From: Eledone cirrhosa
Lineage: Eukaryota
DNA: 64,000 bases
Direction of reading: 5' to 3'
Assembly (NCBI GenBank): GCA_964016885.1
Contig: OZ024743.1
Location: 38,750,001 to 38,814,000 of the forward strand
Shown one piece after another: positions 50,386-63,068 of the stretch. How positions within the stretch are numbered: the first letter of the stretch is position 1; every line of letters starts with the position of its first letter. The position numbers and the translations under genes were made by a program. A model generated the notes under the pieces. The model saw only the letters and a program-made list of their open reading frames with translations, searched no databases and was not told where the DNA came from.

Positions 50386-51020
50386 ATACTTGGGGAGGGT
50401 CATATTGTTCTAATAATATTGCCAGAATTAATAACAAAACACACTCATTCTTTATTTTTTTTCACTTCTGTATTTTTTATATCAGTTAATTTAATTTATT
50501 CGGTCCTCCATGTTTACCATTGACTGACCAACGGTCAAAAATACAGATATAATATAGACACAAATACATATATATAGTCTAACAAAGTTCTTTGGTTGCA
50601 TATCTGCAACATCGTCAGTGGTGCTATTATGTTTCCTCCTGTTGTATTGTATGTCTACGCCATCTTAATTAATCTGTTTATATAAACAGATATAAACGGA
50701 TTAAATAAAGATGTCGTACAACAGGAGGAAACATAATAGCACCACTGACGATGTTGCAGATGTGCAAATAACGAATTTTGTTATACTATATATATGTTTA
50801 TGTCTATATTATATCTGTATTTTTGAACGTTGGTCAGTCAACGGTAAACATTGAGGACCGAATAAATTAAATTAACTGATATAAAAGATACATAAGCGAA
50901 AGCCAAACAAACAGTAAGTTTGTTCTGTTATTAATTCTGGCAATATTATTAGAAAAATATGACCTCCCCAAGTATAACAATATTTGTTTCGACACACGAT
51001 TTCATATAAAAAACCTCGCA

Positions 51021-51024
<4 letters not shown>
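50378..51024 (+). mobile_element. TA-flanked fold-back element with ~300-bp arms and a 40-bp tail
   Basis: TTGTTATACTTGGGGAGG... and ...CCTCCCCAAGTATAACAA. Centre at ~50681-50690. Confidence 0.88.
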
Positions 51025-51067
<43 letters not shown>

Positions 51068-51099
51068 ACACGTATGAATATATGTATTATATATATATC

Positions 51100-52672
51100 C
51101 GTATATTATATGGTATACCTCACCATATAATTTGGAGGGGCCACACCATTAGCTAAGATCTTTATCTCCCTTATTAAGAAGCATTCCTCCCGGCACATAA
51201 ATATAATAATCTTTTTAATAGAAATACTATTAAAATGTTTTACTCTACGACTCCTAACATTGCGCTTAACATCACTGCTTCAAATTTAACTAAATTACCT
51301 AGCCGAAGGAACACGTGCAACCCTGTACCTAGTACTAGCCGTAATTGTAGGAAACGAGTTGACTGCCCCCTATCCGGGAAATGCCTCAACATTGTCTTCA
51401 AATGTAAGGTTGAAACACCCACATCCCGTAGGGCCGACATAGGGTAACCGCCAATAGATTCAAGCAGCGTCTTTACATGCATATCCATTCTTTTCTTAAC
51501 CGTTTAAGAAGGAATGTGACGTCACTTTCAGCTTATATCTGGAGTCTAAAAGACAACCACACACAATATATTTTACACTGGGAGATCGTAGCTAACGCTA
51601 GATCGTATAACGGAAATAGAAGTCCATGCGACCTCTGAGCCGCCGAAGCCTTGGAAATGATCTACGCCAATGACCACATCTTAAACAAAAAATCTGAGGC
51701 AATTTCGGTTTTAAACATAAATTGCATAACACTTTCCTGTATTACAGCCCCACATTATACCCTTACGGATAGTACGAACAATATGCGGATAGTTTACGTC
51801 TTTATGTGGTAGCTAAGTATATTTTATGTTTATACCACTACTTATTTGTATAGGTATGTATATATTACCTGTATGTTTTGTGAACGTACGTATACTTTCC
51901 CGTAGGTATACTTGCTTGTATTTGTTATAGGTGTATATATTATATATATTCTGGAATATCTGTATACGTGTATTTCGCGTTTGTGTGTATAAGCGGGTTT
52001 GCACGTATCTAGGGTAGTTATATGTGTATTTTGTGTTTCGGTGGATGTATGTTTAGCCAACATATATGTATTTACCTGTACGTATGTGTGTGCGCGCGTT
52101 ATATACGTATTTATGTGCGTATATTTATATACGTTTATATAATTATATGTATACACGCACACACGCCCCCCCCCCACATATATATATATTCTTATATATT
52201 TGTTGTGTGCGGGTACAGGTGTTGCGCGGGGTTTTGCATGTGCGCGTGCGTTTTTGTGTACGCATCTGTATGTACGCATGTATATGTATGCGTGCATGTA
52301 TTTAATTATTGTTGATTTCAATAAACTCTGTGATTTATTTACATTATTCTTACCTCTGAATCCGAGAATCATTTGGTTTCCTAAATAGAATTTTAGTCTA
52401 CGACTTCATTTATACCATGACGTGGTTTTGACTTTGCGTGTAATTGTTTTCTCGCACCACATAATGACGTATTATCTTTGCTTTTTCCCGTTCATCGCCA
52501 GGGAACGTCTCCGCGAACCGAAGTATCGTCTTCCTATTTTCCTTCAGTTGCAATGTTTTTCGAAATATTTACTTCTGTGTTCACAGATTGATTTTCTTAA
52601 TTTCAGAAGATCCCGTTAAGGGTGAAAGCAGCGATTATTTGTTTAAACTATAATCTGTTATTTTAATAAATA
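51100..52672 (+). mobile_element. Decayed 5'-truncated PLE (GIY-YIG remnant and 3' UTR)
   Basis: FNRNTIKMFYSTT, NCRKRVDCPLSGKCL, NVTSLSAYIWSLK, PCDL*AAE. Ends in (TA)n. Confidence 0.85.
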
Positions 52673-52784
52673 AATATATATATATATCCGCATAGCGGAT
52701 ACAAACCCACCTTTCCGGGGTAACCCCAATTGCTGCACGGGGGGTACACCGCCCTGGAGACTTGGGACGATTCCGAACACTATC

Positions 52785-53693
52785 GTGACATCACAGGACG
52801 CCATCGACCCACAGGTAATTACCAGTTACAATAGACCAGTAGCTACTAAGGAGACAGGTAATTCTAATATAGTTAGTAGGAACAAGAGGCATCGGACCAG
52901 AAAGGTCCTGTGGTATAATCCCCCTTACTCCAATGGCCTGATCACTACTAGTATAGCTAAGCTTTTCTTTAGTGCTTTAGACAAATGCTTCCCTAGATGG
53001 CACAGATATTATAAAATATTCAATAGAAATACCATCAAGCTGTCCTACTCCACAACTAGTAACATAGCTCAGAATATAGCTAAGATGAATTATAGTAGAC
53101 TTAGGATAGCCAATGAGGGAATTAGGCATGACACGAACAGTGGCAGCTCTATTGAGGAACTGACTCATACATGTGAGGCGAGTCGGGTCTTCCCAATACC
53201 AGGGAATTTACCTATAGAGCAGACTGAAACTGGGACCCGACCCCAAAAGTACCCTGGTCCATCCGGAACTACCCAGATCGATAGCAAAAAATGTAACTGC
53301 AGAAGCACCGCCACCTGCCCTATGGCTGGGAAATGCCTTACCAAAAACATAGTCTGCGACTGTAAGGTCTCCACTCCTGATAGAACCTTTAGGTATGTTG
53401 GGGCAACTGCTACGGAATTTAAGGATATATGGTATAATCATCGCCATACCTTTAATAGATTAGATAAAACAAATAGCACGGAACTTTCGGAATTAGTCTG
53501 GCAGCTTAAACATCAGAATATAGAGCAATCCTTATTCTGGTCCATGGTTTGCTCAGCCCAACCTTATAACGGCAGCACTGGCGTCTGCAATTTATGTATA
53601 GCTGAAACTTCTAATATTGTTAGAGGAGCAGAATTTTTCAGCAACTGTCAAGATAGAACCTGGAACACCTTCCGCAGGATTTTTGGAAGGTAA
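52785..53693 (+). CDS. PLE linker and GIY-YIG endonuclease, partial, C-terminus disrupted
   Basis: RKVLWYNPPYS, KIFNRNTIKLSYST, CNCRSTATCPMAGKCL, YVGATATEFK..WYNH, CNLCIAE. Confidence 0.9.
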   Translation: MTSQDAIDPQVITSYNRPVATKETGNSNIVSRNKRHRTRKVLWYNPPYSNGLITTSIAKLFFSALDKCFPRWHRYYKIFNRNTIKLSYSTTSNIAQNIAKMNYSRLRIANEGIRHDTNSGSSIEELTHTCEASRVFPIPGNLPIEQTETGTRPQKYPGPSGTTQIDSKKCNCRSTATCPMAGKCLTKNIVCDCKVSTPDRTFRYVGATATEFKDIWYNHRHTFNRLDKTNSTELSELVWQLKHQNIEQSLFWSMVCSAQPYNGSTGVCNLCIAETSNIVRGAEFFSNCQDRTWNTFRRIFGR

Positions 53694-55059
53694 CCTACCA
53701 ATAACTCCTCCCTCTCTACTTTAGCCATACAGTTCTCTCAATAAACGGACAGTCACACACTTAGACAGTTAGACGGCTAAGATTATTTGCGCACTTGCAA
53801 ACGATACTCGGCCTGTTTCTACGGAGTGCTCACAGCTGAGTGCTCTCTTTTAGAATACCTAGCTAGCAAATAGTTTGATTGATTACACACTTAGTTAGGA
53901 CCGATTACGCTCTCTATACATAGCTCTACACACAGTACCCGTTTCCTTTAGACATTGAGCTCCCACGTTTACGACTGTCACGTTCCTACCGACTGAACAC
54001 TACACCAGGTTTTGATGCGTAATCATCTAACCATGGAGGACTCACTGTTACGGATTGAACAATGATACTGACACACCATTAATGGGCCTACACACATCCT
54101 TTGGATTTAACTGTCCTTTGTTTTCTTACTTCACCTTCTGTGTTGGATAACACACCTCCACCACTCAAACAACTATCTTAAAAACTCATTGGCCCATTTG
54201 ACGGGAAATCGCACTTGCGGACGCATTTACCCAATACCCAACCCTACACGGAGACCTTTGCTGGCCCGCATTGCAGTTGCTTGCACGCACGGATTTGGTG
54301 ACACGGATTCTCAACGGGACAGCGGTACACAAAGAGTTCGACATGAGCTGATTGCTTGCTCTTCACATGATTGTGTATGTACCCGGACAAACACCCCGCC
54401 CCCCACCCTGTTGGGGGGGGGGGGGGCGATTCGGATGTGTATATACCATAACACACACTTGAAGATATGGATGTTACAATTCGATCTATACACGCATAGC
54501 AGAACACTGAACTGAACTTACTTGCGCACACGCGCGTGCGCGTGTGTGTGTATGTGTGTAGCGTTGGTTAACCCAATATTTCAAATTTACATCGGCAAAT
54601 TGAGATTTGACTGACATAGCTTCTGTTGCTTTGTGAACTAACTTTCGGTGAGTGCAGTGTTGGTACATTCTTATATTTGTTTTTTCTCGGACATCGCTTC
54701 GGTGTGTATGAAAGTGTGTGTGTACCCACCCACGCTAATTCTACGGGTTTAATACTGTGTTGATCTGTGTATATATATGCATACATTTTTCTTTGACCTC
54801 GAGCCGATGTATGTAGGTGTAGAGTGTGTGTGTACCCACTCACTTTTAACTGTGACTGACTGTATCCCTACAGATTTGATTGATGTCCAGCGTCTTTTGC
54901 AGCGATAGAAATCTGAAAACTTTTTTGACCTTAACTAAAGCTAATAGCGCTCGCTATGTCTCTGACTGACTGGTGTGTCTCCATATGAGGGAATGAATTC
55001 TGTGAGAGAACATTGTTATTTTTTCTCCCTCATATCAAGAATATGAAGACAATTCATTT

Positions 55060-55133
55060 TCACCTGATGAGATCAGTGATAATCGATCATGATTTCACAA
55101 TCGATCTATCTCTTATTGAAACATGTGTCGTGA
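55060..55133 (+). ncRNA. Type-I hammerhead with ~47-nt imperfect stem II
   Basis: TCAC-CTGATGA(55064-55070)...GAAA(55118-55121)-CATGTG-TC-GTGA. Confidence 0.8.
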
Positions 55134-55347
55134 TTAAATGATTGGAATTTTACCTTGTCTTCGGATTTTCATTTTGATATATATATATAATATTAAGGAT
55201 ACTATTTATGGTTATGTATATATTAAAACTTTTTATAGTTCTGTATATTTTAAACCCTAAACAGTGAAAGTCAGTAATTTATTACTTCCTTATTACAAGT
55301 AAGATAAATAGCTCAATGTAGTAACATCAGTTATTCTACAGAGCAGT

Positions 55348-55489
55348 TATATAGTATTCACAAGAATCAAAGCTATGTTCAAAGCATTTATTCACTTACA
55401 ATTGTTTCATCCAAACCTAAGCTTGGATGAAACAATTGTAAGTGAATAAATGCTTTGAACATAGCTTTGATTCTTGTGAATTCTATATA
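55348..55489 (+). repeat. Fold-back with ~65-bp arms containing the 3' half of a hammerhead
   Basis: 8-nt loop at 55415-55422. The right arm reads GAAA-CAATTG-TA-AGTG-AATAAA. Confidence 0.85.
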
Positions 55490-55530
55490 TAAATATTTAA
55501 ATATTTATCTATTTATTTGTCATATTTTGT

Positions 55531-55602
<72 letters not shown>

Positions 55603-56184
55603 CATATTAATAAAAGGAATTCCAACTTTGTCTGATTTACTCGTTTAATTTACAATAAATTAAAATATATAATGGTATTATAATGAAATAGTATGATAGA
55701 ATATTAAATTCTAAGTGTTAATTGAACAAGTACTTTAATGCTTTCGCAATCTTCAGGTTCATAATATGTGGTGACAGTCAAGTTTGCAATTTTCAACTGT
55801 AATAAGATGAGTAAATTTCCTACCTTTTATACATTTTATACAGGGAAAAGTGGCTCCAGAATGCTAGGCCCTGCAAACTGTATTTCGACCAATCAGTGTG
55901 TAGTTTTACTGAATTACTAAAGCTGATTGGTTTAATCGTCATGGCTGGTTGAGCATGTCTAACGACCAATAATTAATCATATCCAAAGCATCAATTGTTT
56001 TGCTATTTTTAGAAATGATGAAAATAGCATTTTCTATTAATCATCACCATCAACATCACTTTTATTATTATTATTATTGCTGTTGTTGTTGTTGTTGTTG
56101 TTGTTATTGTTGTTGTTGTTGTTGTTAGTGGTCGTAGCCATAGTGGTAGTAGAAGTAATACCCCTAAGCGTCATTATTGTTCAT

Positions 56185-56560
56185 TTAGCTTGGGTTTTCT
56201 TTGATTTTTCTCTTGATTTCTCTTGGGCTGTGTAATTTGTAGACTTGGAATATTATAAATATTCCCTGACCACATGTTGCTAGATGGTTACTTAGGGGTA
56301 TCTGACGGACATTTGGGTCTCTGATTTGTTGACGGTGTACCCGTGCACGTTCCGATAGTGCATTTCCAGTTTGACCGACATATAGTTTTTCACAATTCGG
56401 GCATTTAATGCAGTAAATTAGAATTCTGCTTTTGTAGTTCATATTTGCATTTGGGAATATTTTTCCAGTTTTTGTTTTCATATATTGAACGGCGTGTATG
56501 GATTGACATGTGTCGCATCGACTATCATTGCATTTAGATACAGTGAATGATTGCCTGATT
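56185..56560 (-). mobile_element. PLE GIY-YIG fragment, Neptune-like
   Basis: KCNDSRCDTC...LIYCIKCPNCEKLYVGQTG..LSERARVHRQQI...LSNHLATC. Confidence 0.85.
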
Positions 56561-57842
56561 CATTCAGAATTGGCGTTCGTATACGTTTTAATTGGCGCTG
56601 CATTTATCCTGCTAACATGAATTGCTTGCTTCATTCAGCTATTCTTCCCTTGATGTCCGTTTAATTGGCACAGCATTTATGCTAGTAAGATGACATATAC
56701 ATTCTATTAATATTGAGTTAAAACCTACTGCAGCTTATACGAAATCTCACCTAAGCTTTCAATGTGTTTTTCGTTAGAATTTTACAAAGGTTAAAGCATA
56801 TGCAATCTCCACTAAAGTAAATAATTACTCCTGTTTACAATCTCTGTAGTTTGGGTTTATGAATCATACGTACGTTTATATTCTCTTTAATACAAAATGT
56901 ATAACATAAATAGAATAAAGTATGTGTAAAAAGACATGCGTTGGTTTTGTTGGTGATGGGATTTTTGTAAAATATCAAGAACATGTATATATAATGTACC
57001 TACAAAGAAATGCCATTGAACATTAAACACGCATACTTTCTCAAATCTAATAGAGATAATGCAAATATATTTTTCTCATAATTATAATAACGTACAATTA
57101 GTTTGTTTTTGCCTCCGTTTAACCGACACTTATTAAATAAAAACGATTCCGTCAAGTCAGTAAACAATGGGAGGTACAAATAACTTACGAAGTTTCGTGA
57201 CTAGATATGACAATAATTTTAGTTGAATTTTGAAAGCGATGGTGTCCACTCGTTTGACAGGCTTCATCATTGGATAAATATTTAAAAGTATATTATTGGC
57301 ATGGTAATGAATGATTTCTTAAACGGTAGTTTCTTAAATCTTCTCTCACATATAGGTTTAAAGCACGGGCACATTGGGCAGCTGTGTAGAAACAAACCAT
57401 TTATATCGTTATCTATGTATACTGTAGCTGATTGTGGAGGATCTCCAATAAAATTCTTCTAACGGAGCCCACTGAATCTCGGTGTTCAGAACATTTTAAT
57501 GCCGTTACACTTCTTGTAAAAGGGTCATTTTCCAAAGATGAAGAAGACAATGGACTACTAACACCCTTTACGTGGGGGATGAGAATTACATGTCAGATGA
57601 TGCGGGAATGCATCTCAAGTCATGTGATCGTTCTGTCAAGTCAACTTCATAGAACCAATTTGACATAGTCGATGAAATATGTGTATCTGTAAGCATGCAC
57701 TGTTAGTGTAATAAATGACTGTATGACGTAAGTCATCCTTGAGTTTGAGTGGTATTTTTATATCTATTACTTTGAATACTTATTACGAATTTTAGTTACT
57801 CACGATATGTAAACGTATATAAAAAAATATTTACCTTTTAAA

Positions 57843-59400
57843 GTGTCTCCCACAGGGATCGCCAGTCTCAGCCATTCTCTTTCTATATTATACAGCAGAC
57901 TTGGGCGGTGGATTGGCAGTATCGGTAGGGTGTCGGACACTATGTTTTGCAGCATATAATTACGATTACGGTCCTTTACGGTCTGAGTTCAAATCCCGCC
58001 GAGGTTAACTTTGCCTTTCATCCTTACAGGGTCGATAAAATAAAGCACCAGTAACGCAGTGGGGTCGATTTAATCGACCCCCCCCCCCACACACCAAGTT
58101 ACTGGCCTTGTGTCTATAGTAGAAAACATATTACACAACAGACATGTTTACATCTCTAAATAAAATTGTACAAGTATCCCATTATTCACATGATATCAAC
58201 TTATATACTTTCTCTAATATCATCAACAAAAACAAAACTAATTTATGCACTGCCCAATCAAATGTAACTGTATTGGAGAAGGAAAATGGACAACAATTTA
58301 ATCCTTCTAAAACACAATTGGTTCATTTCCATAAACCTGAATCCATCAATTATCAATGCGATGAAATACACTTGATGATCCAACTACTGATACCACAAAA
58401 TCCATCAAGACACTAGGGAGTTGGTTACAATCTGACCTGCAATGAGAGACTCATCTAAAACACACAATGAAAAAAAAGACATGTTCATAAAGAAACCAGG
58501 AAACGCAAATTGCTAACTGATCAGTTTAAATCCAAAATTAAACAGCATGATACTTGATTTCAGCCATAGGTAGAACATTTAAAATCATTTAGAATGATGA
58601 GTAAAAACAGAAAACGGAAGCAAAAACCTCCATAACAATATCACACGATTAATCTCTTTTAACAGCTGGGTCTGCCACACAGACAGACCACATTCAGACA
58701 AGGGGGTGGCTTTTGGAACTAATTAGTCTTTCAAAAGAAATTATGAAGATATGATTTTCAGATTATATCGAGAATATACTGTATTTGAAAAAGAATGATG
58801 GTGAATCACATTATCTAGAGATGCATCTAAGGAATTGCCACGAGAAAATGGTTTTCTGTTTACTGATAGTCTATAGGGATATTGAGAATGCTCCCCTAAA
58901 AATAGATATCTGCCTCTCAGAAAATATTAAAGAAATAATACTGATTTGGATATTGGGCCATAGAGATATTAGAGAAAATAGGAAAGCAGGCAAATTAGCA
59001 AAAAAAGGAGCACAAAAGGAGATGGTAGATATAGACGACATTCCAAAGCTTTTGCAAGTAAACTTATTTAGCAAACAAATAATTCGTCAAGGGGCAAAAC
59101 ATTTTGGGAATTATGCAGGGATGAGCCCATAAATCTCAAACCCCCATTTTCTCAACCAGATTTGACAACATTCAAAATGTATCTATCATTGAGTAGAATA
59201 AATAAAAAAAAACTAAGCTGGCGTCGAACTGGACATATACCTTTGAAATACATTCTATCATGAAAATGTTGGAGATATTCACCTCTATTTTCTTCTCGTG
59301 ACTCCCCAGAAACATCTATTCTGTCCAAGTGAGGTTGGGTCAAGTTATTTTACAATACTTCTTGAGAGGTGTGTACATGTGCGGAGTAATTTTGAAAGAG
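57843..59400 (+). mobile_element. Heavily decayed RNase H-containing LINE, interrupted by a SINE
   Basis: LPQGSPVSAILF, FNPSKTQLVHF, and RNase H-like LIWILGHRDIRENRKAGKLAKKGA. Confidence 0.7.
57901..58127 (+). mobile_element. tRNA-derived SINE (longer variant) with 16-bp TSD
   Basis: ATATTA(T/C)ACA(G/A)CAGAC at 57885-57900 and 58128-58143. Extra GGGGTCGATTTAATCGACCCC hairpin. Confidence 0.95.
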
Positions 59401-59599
59401 AGGTTTAAGAAATCTGGAAAGAAGCCAGAAAATTATATGTATATATATATATATATATACATATATATTAATCAATTAATTAGAGTTGGTTGATCATATA
59501 ATTTGCCACCTTTTTAAAAATCAAATTGAAAAAGCTCTACGATTTCTATTTCTTAGGATTTTCTTGGTAAGGTATCAACCGGAGTTTCAATATTATGTA

Positions 59600-59677
59600 T
59601 AAGAGAGACGGTTTTATATCTACATCTTTTTATTACATATGTAGTAAGAAGATGTACACATAAGACCGTCTCTCTTA
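59600..59677. repeat. Imperfect 39-bp-arm palindrome next to (TA)n
   Basis: TAAGAGAGACGGT...CATATG...ACCGTCTCTCTTA. Confidence 0.85.
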
Positions 59678-59708
59678 CTGATGTATATATATATACTTAC
59701 CCCCCCCC

Positions 59709-59743
<35 letters not shown>

Positions 59744-60989
59744 TTATAAATATATATATATACTAGTCATCTCCTCTTTCCCCCTATACAATTCCAGTCG
59801 CAAAGCATCGGTCAACCCGAAATATTGTAGCAGTTGTTTGTAACTTACCCAAACTTCTACTCAGTGTGATTGAACTTGGAGGCACGAGATTGTGAAAAGA
59901 ATTTCCTTAGCATGCATCTTTATTTAACTCTATCCGTGTATGCGTGTATTATTTGTTGAAGGTATATTTTAAAGCCATGTCTTTTAGTTGGTGGGAGAGA
60001 ATCAGTCTTCATGTAAAATAGATAAATCTATTTCATTCTAATAAATCAAAATGTTAAAAATATAAAGACTATTTCACCTGTTCAGACAATACATATTAAA
60101 TACGATATAATGTCTAATTTCGGTATTTTATAGGTCAAGTGTAAAAAGCTGTTACATGCGACCTCACAATCATTATAATTTAATTTCTATATTAATCACA
60201 AGATTGCACTCTAGTGAAACATGACTGCATATAAAATTCACACACGCACACAAACAATAATTTGAAATACCATAAAGAATATAATGAATTTAAATGCAAC
60301 ATATATATGGTTTTACACAAACTCACGCGTACACATACGTTTGTATGTCATTGTGTATTTACTTATTTATTCATCTTTGGTGAACACTTTTACATTTAGT
60401 GATTGTAGTTGTAAGTTGGTTAATTGCAGTACTATTTTAGGAGAAAGAACGTTTGACATTTGATTTCCTGTTGAGTAGCATTTAAAAGGAAACATGTGGA
60501 CCACTATGTTCGCTACATTGAAATTTTCTTTGCCAATTTGTTCGGAATGGAATTGCCAATAGCGATCAACCTCAATCAAAATGTGACTTGTAGAATTATT
60601 TAGAAAGCTTTTAGCAAGGAATAGATTTAAGTCAAATATGCATGAACAAAGAACGAAAATATTTCCTAAGAGTCACTGTTCTAAAGTAAAGAATAAAATA
60701 CAAAAATAATAATGTCGGTACAATTTCTTTCAAATTTTGTTACATTTATTTCAACGACAAACCAAATATTTTATTTATTTTCACTACATTGGCCTGCTAA
60801 ATATAGCATTTCATGTTCAACTTTGGTTGGTACCGAGGAATCATCATAAAAGCTGTGCCATATTACACACACAGATACATAAACAAACACACTCTCCCTC
60901 TCTCTCACACACATATACATATGTACGTAATAGTTGTTACGCACCTAACTAACACACACACATGCACACACACATATATACTACACAGA

Positions 60990-61052
<63 letters not shown>

Positions 61053-61060
<8 letters not shown>

Positions 61061-61459
61061 TAAATCATGTCCTTAAAATTATTAAATAAAATATGTACCA
61101 TTTCCTCTCCCAATTAGCATAATTAACCATATAAAAAATCAATTAGACCAGGTTATAATAATAAAAGGCTCCTATGAAGAAATTTCCGACAAATAACCGA
61201 AAGCGGCCTCTTCGCGGTGGCCCCAATAGAGTATTTATCCACCACGAAGAGGCCGCTTTCGGTTATTTGTCGGAAATTTCTTCATAGGAGCCTTTATTCT
61301 TATAGCCTGGTCTAATTGATTTGTTATATGGTTAATTATGCTAATTGGGAGAGGAAATTGTATATATTTTATCTAATAATTCTAAGGACATGATTTATGA
61401 TATATTGCTCTGATTATTTAATTTATTAATTCTTCATTGAGCCACAACGTGACCGGTTG

Positions 61460-61463
<4 letters not shown>
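61053..61463 (+). mobile_element. TA-flanked fold-back element with ~165-bp arms, an 18-nt loop and a ~58-bp tail
   Basis: Arms at 61053-61220 and 61239-61405. Confidence 0.88.
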
Positions 61464-61513
<50 letters not shown>

Positions 61514-61799
61514 GAAATAATGTACGGTATAATTATGAATTAGAACATATGTGTAATGCACACAAACACCAACACACACACAGACACATACACGCACATA
61601 TGCACACGCGCACACATGCACATACACACACTCACACATATATATGGATGTGTGTGTATGTGTGTGTAGATGTGTATTTGTGTAGATCACAAATATGCAT
61701 GTACAATCAAGAACACAGCCAGGTACAGGAAGGAAGTATTAACATGTAACCACTTCTTTGAGTCCAGATATTGTGCTGTAGTATTGGTTGTACCTTATC

Positions 61800-63007
61800 A
61801 AACACAAACCTTACAAAATACACTGTTAAACCTGGTGGAAGTTGAGCACAGAAACCTTCCGACACTGTAACTGTGTCCCTTCAACAAAGAAATATATTCT
61901 TCGCCATTATTATCTTGGAGGTCCCAGATGTGGCCCGAAAGTGTAGTGGCATGTCGACGGGAGGACGCCGTCCGTGTAACTTATGCTCGGAGGAAACATT
62001 AGAAATGTTGTTTTCGAAGGACCAACTCCTAAACAAGAAAGACGAACTGGTAACGGCATGCAAACGCAGATTGCGTAGGACTTAACTCGCCCTCAAACCC
62101 CATAACGACCTGGGTGGGTAGACAAGGGATGATGCCCCTCCCCCCACACAAACACTTGCCGAATAAGTTAGGGGATTCCAGCTTACATAGGTAGATGTAT
62201 CTCTTTTTTTTTCTTTTCCTCATTGCCTTCTTCCCCCTGTCTCATCCTATCACTTACTTTCACCCCCTATTTTCTTCCTCGTCTGCTTTTCCCCTTTCGC
62301 CTACCCCGATGCAGCCCATAGGGCCTCTGTAGCATCTGTACCCCCACCCATGTAGTTTTAAGATAGATTTGGCCGAATACGTTTTACTAACTACTTATAG
62401 CAGACGTGTTAAACCCCTTTTATTTTTGTATCAGTTTGGGTACTACTCAATTTCTACAAGTGTTTTCTATTCTCAACTTATTAACCTGTAATTGTAAGAT
62501 AGCATTTTAATTTTTTTTTATTCATTTCTCACTATCTAATTTTATATATTATTTTTATTTCTTTATATTAATTTTTATTGTCTCCTACTCTTATCTGATT
62601 TACTATTCTATAACCTCCCTCCTCCACTTCATACACTATCCTTAGAATCTGCTGTATATATATCACTTTCAACGCTTGGCCGCTCCTCTCACTCCTCTAT
62701 TGTTCTACAGGCAAATTCAGCCACCCCTACCTCCCACCAAATGCCATGATAGACTTATTTGTGTTTACAACACATTTTAACCAATCCTCTTGACTTCAAT
62801 CTTCAATCTTCCCATATAAGGAAGTACCCCCTTGACAAGTTCGGCTATTTATTCACCAGACTAACAATTCTAATTTAGTCCAGAAATAGCTGTCGAAACG
62901 GCTTGAGCTCTGCCGTCGGGGTCATACTTTTTCCTATTCCCACGCTACTAAGTATTAAGTACTCTGGTGTGTTATGGTCCATCCGGTTCCTTACCACATT
63001 TCCTTTG

Positions 63008-63009
<2 letters not shown>
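61800..63009 (+). mobile_element. PLE 3' fragment (GIY-YIG C-terminus, 3' UTR, hammerhead)
   Basis: GRRPCNLCSEETLEM...LLNKKDELVTACKR. Ends in (TA)n. Confidence 0.8.
62828..62921 (+). ncRNA. Type-I hammerhead, U3-A8 core variant, long stem II
   Basis: CCCC-TTGACAA(62832-62838)-stem II (CGGCTATTT/AAATAGCTG, GACTAA/TTAGTC)-GAAA(62895-62898)-CGGC TTGAGCTCT GCCG-TC-GGGG. Confidence 0.8.

Positions 63010-63068
<59 letters not shown>

Larger units (their letters stand above)
52688..55178 (+). mobile_element. 5'-truncated PLE with a long 3' UTR and terminal hammerhead
   Basis: GIY-YIG ORF, hammerhead at 55060-55133, TA flanks. Confidence 0.88.
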
